A stretch of 64,000 bases of DNA from positions 3,782,001 to 3,846,000 of the forward strand of contig JBHGNT010000016.1 in the NCBI GenBank assembly GCA_043228905.1, in the 5' to 3' direction. Positions within the stretch are counted from its first letter, which is position 1, and each line of letters opens with the position of its first letter. The notes under the pieces are model-generated. The model did no database searches. It was not told where the DNA came from and saw only the letters and a list, made by a program, of their open reading frames with translations. The DNA is from Azolla caroliniana. Taxonomy: Eukaryota; Plantae; Polypodiophyta. The position numbers and the translations under genes are program-made. Positions 57,133 to 64,000 of this stretch are shown here, piece by piece.

Positions 57133-57815
57133 GGCCGTGCACTATTGCATGGGAAGCAAGCAAAAAGATCCAAAAGACGCAGAAAAGTAAATTTTGTGTT
57201 CCGGTTGGATGCAAGATATGGAAAAATGGTTTAGTAGATGGGATGCAAGACACTTGCTTCATGATGCATCACTTGATTCCTCTGTCAATGAGGCCTTTTT
57301 GCAATGCCAATGTATCATAACATGGTACAAATGCGGAGGTTCACTCTTCACACATTATACTACACATGTTGCACCTAACTACAAAACCATATTCTTCGCG
57401 GAACAGGGAAACCGTACACATCGATATATGTTAGAGCCCATCCCGTTATTTGCCATTCGAACCATTGCTTCCATGCGACTTAGCTCACATGCATTGCGAT
57501 GTGAGATGGGGCATTGGGGCACAAGTGATGAGAGTGGTCGGCTATGCACACTTTGCCCTAAACAAGTTCAAGAGTTTGAGTACCTTTTGATCATATTCGA
57601 CCATACTTTCCACATATCTTCGACCAAGCCCAATCCTAGCACGAATTTCTCTCATAACCACAATGTGCACTTTTGATTGCAACATTCATTGGTAAAGTTC
57701 TTGAACATCGAGAGATGCTACCACTTTCACACATATCATGTGAAATGTAATATTTTTGGTCTCATAGGTCATATTTGACCCTCAAAGACGATAATAGAAT
57801 CTATCAATCTATCTC
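57133..57815 (+). mobile_element. 3' end of a decayed LINE (RTE-like) into which the gypsy element inserted
   Basis: RLSSHALRCEMGHW...RLCTLC is a LINE C-terminal Cys/His motif, followed by a short (tcta)-type tail. Confidence 0.7.
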
Positions 57816-58099
57816 TCTTTACAGTTGACAACTCGACTCTTAATCTCTCTTTGAAGTTCTATATTTTTATTATCTAACCTAATTATTAAATAACATAACC
57901 TAATTTTTGGTCTGCACCGGTTTGGCAGGGCTCAAGGCTCGAGCTGAACCGAGCTCAAACCGTTTTAGCAGGCTCAAGGCGTAACATTTTAGATAATCAT
58001 ACTTTTGTATAGGGCAGTTGGAAGCGTGTCCGGTGGCATTATTGTTCTCACACGGCTATTTAACTAATCGTGGAGAAGCGCATACACATGTTCTAAATG

Positions 58100-58880
58100 T
58101 GACTCCTTAATATAGATAGGAATCCACTACTTCAACTTCCCTTCTTTTTAGGGTGAAGAGAGCTTGCCAACAAGTTTGCACAGATGTGTGGGAGAATGTG
58201 TGGGAGATCATGGCCTTAGACTTTGCTATGTTTAGAAAGAACCATTTTATGTGACAAAAACGGTTAGTAGTCAACTGTTGAGATTCTGAGACCAAGATAA
58301 TGTCATCCACAGAAAGATGTGAATGGGTGTACCAAAAATGTTGATCCCCTATCCACCTCCACATATAATGAGTTCTATTACCTCATTGATGTAGAGTTTG
58401 ATGATAGTAAGGGACAACAGGCATCCTTGCTTCAAATTAATAGTTCTTTTGATTAACTTCAAAACCCTCTCCATACACACGTGTCCCAACACTCAACTCA
58501 TATATAATCCACATCAAGTTAGAGGAAGTTTGGATTGTATTGAGACATTCACTTGATACAATATCAACGGTCTTATGGAAATCTACAACACATCGATAAA
58601 ATCAGTTGTTTTGGACCTTTGCTTGGTATACATGATGTAAGAATGTGGTTGGCGGTGAAGAAGGCTCTCCTAAATCATGTTTGTCTTTGGGTTCATATCC
58701 CTTCAACCTTGGCGTAAGTATTGAGTTCGACTTCAAGCGCTGGAACATAAAGCTTCGCGAGTTTGTGACTACCCGTGATAGTCTTGATAGTTCTTTGGTT
58801 GGAGGGGATCCCCTAAATTATGAATAGACACAATGGTCTGCATGGTTCATGTGTTGCAAATACCTACTACCAAGCCCCTA
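58100..58880 (-). mobile_element. Decayed LINE reverse-transcriptase fragment
   Basis: Minus-strand remnants IHNLGDPLQPKNY, LAKLY, FRRAF, VDFHKTVD and VDDIILVSES occur in the correct RT order. Confidence 0.75.
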
Positions 58881-59805
58881 CTCAACATGTGGGCAAGTAT
58901 AGGTGTAATACATGGACTTCACGCCTTATGACCTACTTTTAGTCAATCACTCATGTTAAAGACACCAAATGGCCTTCTCAACCTTTTGAGAGAGAGAGAG
59001 AGAGAGCCACCTATTTTTCAAAATTTCTTTACATAAAATTGGTCTTCCTATTTGAGTTGCTACATACATAGCCTTAAGACATGAACAGGACACATACACT
59101 ATAGCAATTTCATATGCATTATAAATTATGTTTCCACATTGGCACCATTTCAATACTTTCCACATACAACAGGTCATATGTACGGTACATTTCAATATCT
59201 AGCTTTTATGTGTAAAGTCATTCCATATACTGGGATTATATAATAATTTCTAACATGGCATACAAATCCTATCTACAAAGGCGACCTAAATCTTGTTTCT
59301 AAAGGTTTTCAAGTGTAGCAAAAAATGACGTGGCTATCGTGTGAAATGGATCAAGAAAAAACATCTCTACATTTAAGAACGCACAAAACTCATCTGAGCT
59401 TCTCGAAAATGGAAGTTAATTTTAATACAGAATAGGCTCTTCTAGAAAATATAAGCCAAATCATTCAATAAGAAAGCACAACAATGCTGTGTGGAACTTT
59501 TATTGCAAATTGGACGTTTTAAAGCAATGCGTTACAAGCTCCCCTCTCTCAAGGAGATAGCTGTGCACTTAAACTGAAACCTACCTACATTTATTAGCTA
59601 CCAACTGGCACAGAAATACAACTGCTACCCAATGTTTTTACATGGGGGGACAATCTAGCTAGTTGCAGGAACCCACTCTTCTGGAACAAAATTGATTTGC
59701 AGACCAGAAAAAAGCAAAATCTGGCAGCACACATTGCTCGAAATCCTACTTCGATATTTTCTTCACCCACACAGTAGTGTTGGGTGCAATTAATATAGAA
59801 AACTA

Positions 59806-62800
59806 TTATGATTCCGTGGCTTTGGAGTTTGAGACCTTCATCTTCAGAGACTTTAATTTTTTTCCCTCTAAAGAACCTAAACTTGCACCTAGACCAAGTG
59901 GTACTTGATCTTGAGAGCTTGTATTCTCTGTTTTTGCATGAGTTTTCACATCTTCCACATGGGATTTGTCTTGCTCTTTTTCAGCAGGTGGAGCTTCTGC
60001 TTCCTTTGTCTCTTTCCTAGCTCCTTTCGATAAAAAACCTAAAGAGTCATCCCGTCCCTTTCCTCCAGTTCCACTTGTGGATAGGTTAAGTAATTCTGAG
60101 TTAACTGGAACGGGGTTATTTGGTAAGCGGACATTTACCCCTCGTGCCGCAGCCCTTTTCCGGGCATCAGCTTTTGCACGAGCACCCCTTTCATCCATAC
60201 CCCTTGATCTTGGCAAGTTTTCTCTCTCACTCATTAGTGCTGCCGCAGCAGCTGCAGCTTTTAGAGATCCTCTTGATCCTCCTCCAACTGCTGCTGCTGC
60301 TTGAAATACCTGTAACAGCTCTGGACGAGCCTGAAGCACAAAGCACAAAGTTATATTAAAGTCTCCAAGAGGTCAAATGACCTATGATAACCAAGAACAA
60401 CGGTTATATCAATTCCTTCAGCAAAGAAAGTGACATTACAGAACTTCACCAAATCAGAGAAAAACGAAACACATTTCACAAACCTTTAAAACATCTGCAG
60501 CCTTTTGGGCAGCTGCCACTGACATTGATTGCTGCTGACCCTTCTGCAAACAGATATACTCCATTTTAAATTAGAAATAGCCATGTTTTAGTTAGATTAC
60601 AACTTACTTTCTTATCGTAAAATTGACCTGTGTATCCCGTTGTTGGAAAGTTTTCATCCAATTTTCAGAATCACGGGTTCTAGTATCATCTTCTCCAAGT
60701 TGCTTGGCGAGTATGTTGTAAGTGCTCTTTTCATGCTGTAGGTTTTGGACAGAACAGGAGAAACTTTTTAAATGTTCAGACAACAAGAGTATTGAGAAGA
60801 TTCTAGAAATTAAATATCTTGCTAAAAGAAAACTTTAGAGACCTGTACAGATAGTTTGTATGCTCCAATACAATTGAATGCAATTGCCAAAGCATGGTAG
60901 CATACAGCTGTTTGTATATGGTCCTCTCCTAAGAGTCTTAAATTCTTTTGCAATGCCTCCTGTAAATATCTCAGAGCTACATTCATTCGACCAATATCCT
61001 GGTACATCATGGCAATGTTTATGAATGTTGCAGCTACGTCTGGATGGTCTGAGCCACTAGAAACATTTAGCAAAAGCAATGTACGACCCATGTGCCGCAA
61101 TGCCAGTTGAGTCTGATTGAGACCATGATAGAAGAGTGCCATGTTTCCATAACTGCAAGGGTTATACAATAGAGTGTAAGGATTGTGTAATATAAGAGAA
61201 GAAAGGGTGTATTATTCATGCTAGACCTGTGAGCTGTGTCAGGATGGTCCAAGCCAAGGCATCTTTCGTTGATAATGAGCTCCTTATGTTGCTGCATAAT
61301 AGCACCCGCCATATCTCCCGCATGGTACAATACCATCGCAAGATACCTGTCAATACATTGAAAGATCCTAGTGTTATCCATATGAAGAGACAACTATTGC
61401 ATTTCTTGATGAAACCATAAATAAACTGAAACAAAAATTACACTGGTGAATTGTGATATGTGACTAGTGCGGTTAGCCAGAAAGAGAAGCAAATTTACCT
61501 ACAACAATTAGCAACTTCACGGTGCATGGGTCCACAAACCTAGCATTTTATAAGCAAACATTAGTACTGCTAGTCCTAATACAATAGACTCTCTTGTGGC
61601 TTTCAAAAGAATTTCTATATATCTCCCCAATCATATAATGAAGATTTTACACTGACCTGCTGAAGAATGCTGAAACCCTCAGAGAATGATTCATATGCTT
61701 CATTAAGTCTTCCCTGAGAAAAATGAACATACAAGAATGAAATCACATGGATAAATTCATGGAGATTATTGACCAAATGAAGATGTAGCTCTTAAAAATC
61801 ATGAAGGATAGTTTCACCCACTATTGAAAAAACTTGGAAGCTGGTGTGGTATCTGTTTTAAGATTGTGGGGTCTGAACCCCTCATAAAAAAATTTGTTAC
61901 AGAAATGGAATGCCTAATTTGAAATATGATGGATAACAACCAACAACTTCAATTGAAAAATATTCCTGCATGGTCATGCTTTGACAGAAAATGTTGTCAA
62001 TTATGATTATAACTAACCTCTGCCAGCTTTAATTTTCCATTTTCCAATAGGTCCCTGGAATCTGCACACATTGGCACAGAGTGCTTCACAACCGCATGCA
62101 GATCAAGAATGTCTGTTATCTGGAATGGAGATTCTGTATCGAAGTTATAGCTCCTCGCAGCCAATGTTATTCCAACCTGAGATCAAGGAGACAACTTATT
62201 ACACTTGCTTTCATGTCTTTCAACAATTAAAAACTAACATTCCGACAGAAGGTACACCTTCTGGCACAAGTTCCGTATGGTTGATATTTTCCGTATTTTT
62301 GTTAGAATGTCCTCTGGGAGTTCAAACTGCATGACATGTCCTTCAATACTATTAATACTTTATAACATTATGGAAGAAAGTGAAATATCTAAGGCTACGT
62401 GATGATGGTGATGATGAACCTGATACTTGAACTTGACTCCTTCTCGTATGTCCTTCCAAACAAGAGTAGATGTGATGCATAAATATGTGGCGCCTTTTGA
62501 AACAGATATGTTGTCACCCTAACAAAAAATTCAAATACTTTTGAGAAAAAAGAGATCTTATATTACCTGATGATTTACATATGCATATGCCATACAACAA
62601 TCAGTTTAATCAATTGTTCATAGATCAGGTCTATGTACTGTGATGCTCTTTGAATTAGCATACTTTGTAGCACTCAAAATGGGTGCCCATTCTATGTATT
62701 GTACTCACATAGGATGATAAGGAGGGGAGCTATATGGGAGGCAAGTTGGAAAATAAGAGAAAGGAGAACCCTTTGGGTTTCTGAAAACAGGTAACAAGTC

Positions 62801-63923
62801 AATGTAGATACTGTGAGTTTAGGGTAGAATCAGTTCATATTACTGCTGGCCAACAAGGTACCCGGCCTGTGAACAGGAGTTCGGATGCAGTTGCAGTGGC
62901 AATGACATGAGACAGTTCAATTCAATGCACAAACTAGACTTCAATTCATATTCTACTTTAATGTGGAATACACATAAAGATATTACAGCTTTAGCTGAGT
63001 AGACATCCAGCAGACAAGTGTTCCCTTGATGGATCAGCATTCCATTACCAAATCATGCTGAAGACATGCTTCCATCTGAATCCCCCACCCCTGGTTTCCT
63101 GTGACTATACCAAACCATTGCAGATTTTTCCGCATACCCAGTTTCCACAAACACAAGTGCAAGGAGACACATAGATGTATAACATTTGTATATATATGCC
63201 ATTTCCATCGACTACTATCAACTTACAGATACGGAAATTGAATTTTCCACAGATTTTTTGCCACCCTTGCTCTTTTTGCGTGCTTTTTCAGTTGTGGAAG
63301 GTTTTGCAGGAGTTTTCAGAACAGATGGCTCTGGAATCTTCTCAGGGCTAGTAGGGACATCATAACCGAGATAGCAGTTAAGAAAATGCGAAATAGCACC
63401 AGCAACATCATGATCTTGAGTTACTCTCAGAATTCCCTGAAAGTCAATTCATTGGAAAACTAACTAAAATGTTCATAAATATGAAAGACAGAACATGCAC
63501 GAAAGTCCTAACAATGAGAAAGTACCAGAACAAAAACCTTACCTTCAATACATGCTTTGCTGTTCGAGAAATCATCTCCACAACACATAAATCCCATACA
63601 TGTGGGAGATGCTTGGATAGATTTGCAACCTAAATGCCAGATAATTGGCAAGAAACAAATGATATCAATTAAAAACTGACCTAAAAGTATCTATCTGCTA
63701 AATACATTATTTCAGTCTTCAATACTTCAAGAATATACAACACAGCACTTACTTGCCCTAAATATCTCATGTTGATGCCATGAGCATGTAATGCTTCTGT
63801 CAAAGTCTGCCCATCCATCGGAGATACCTCTAAGCTATTTAAATCCTGAACAAACTTGGGAAGGACAGTTTCCACCAGAAATTTCCCTGCTTTTCTTACA
63901 GCTTCTTCATCAGCAACTATTTC
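59806..63923 (-). CDS. FMT: Clustered mitochondria protein (CLU/FRIENDLY), 3' exons; gene continues beyond the window
   Basis: [104 protein letters not shown] and [18 protein letters not shown] introns; stop at 59806-59808. Confidence 0.95.
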
Positions 63924-64000
63924 CTACAGTTGCAAATATACCTGGTTAAAGTCTGGCTGTTCCCTCCACATACATATTTTATTTGTACAGCACGCACATA

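Larger units (their letters stand above)
49240..57985. mobile_element. Possible decayed DNA transposon (hAT-like) enclosing the LINE and gypsy insertions
   Basis: Clusters of ccgaaccg/cggttt-type subterminal motifs at 49260-49420 and 57910-57980, and a Glu-rich degenerate ORF at 49431-49733. No clear TIR or TSD was identified. Confidence 0.35.

Overview
Gene-rich, AT-rich (intron-rich) land-plant nuclear DNA. The PLS-PPR style, intron repeats and TE types suggest a fern or other non-seed plant; that is an inference. Left to right: an LTR inserted in a decayed LINE, the 3' exons of a C-terminal J-domain gene (+), casein kinase 2 alpha (-), a copia LTR remnant split by an L1-type LINE with a TSD, a PPR pseudogene, 26S proteasome RPN1 (+), a PLS-E PPR gene (-) head-to-head with a pterin aldehyde reductase-like SDR (+), an ADC lyase/D-amino-acid transaminase (+), a truncated, chimeric ERG28 (-), a full-length Ty3/gypsy chromovirus (455-bp LTRs, 5-bp TSD) nested in older TEs, another LINE RT remnant, and the 3' half of CLU/FRIENDLY (-). 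The most unusual signals are in the chromovirus: a 1.7-kb leader holding a regularly spaced array of palindromic hairpin repeats with dissimilar spacers, a multibranched RNA-structure candidate and a probable intron, plus TG...TA termini on both LTRs. Coordinates and exon boundaries were read by eye and may be off by a few bases.
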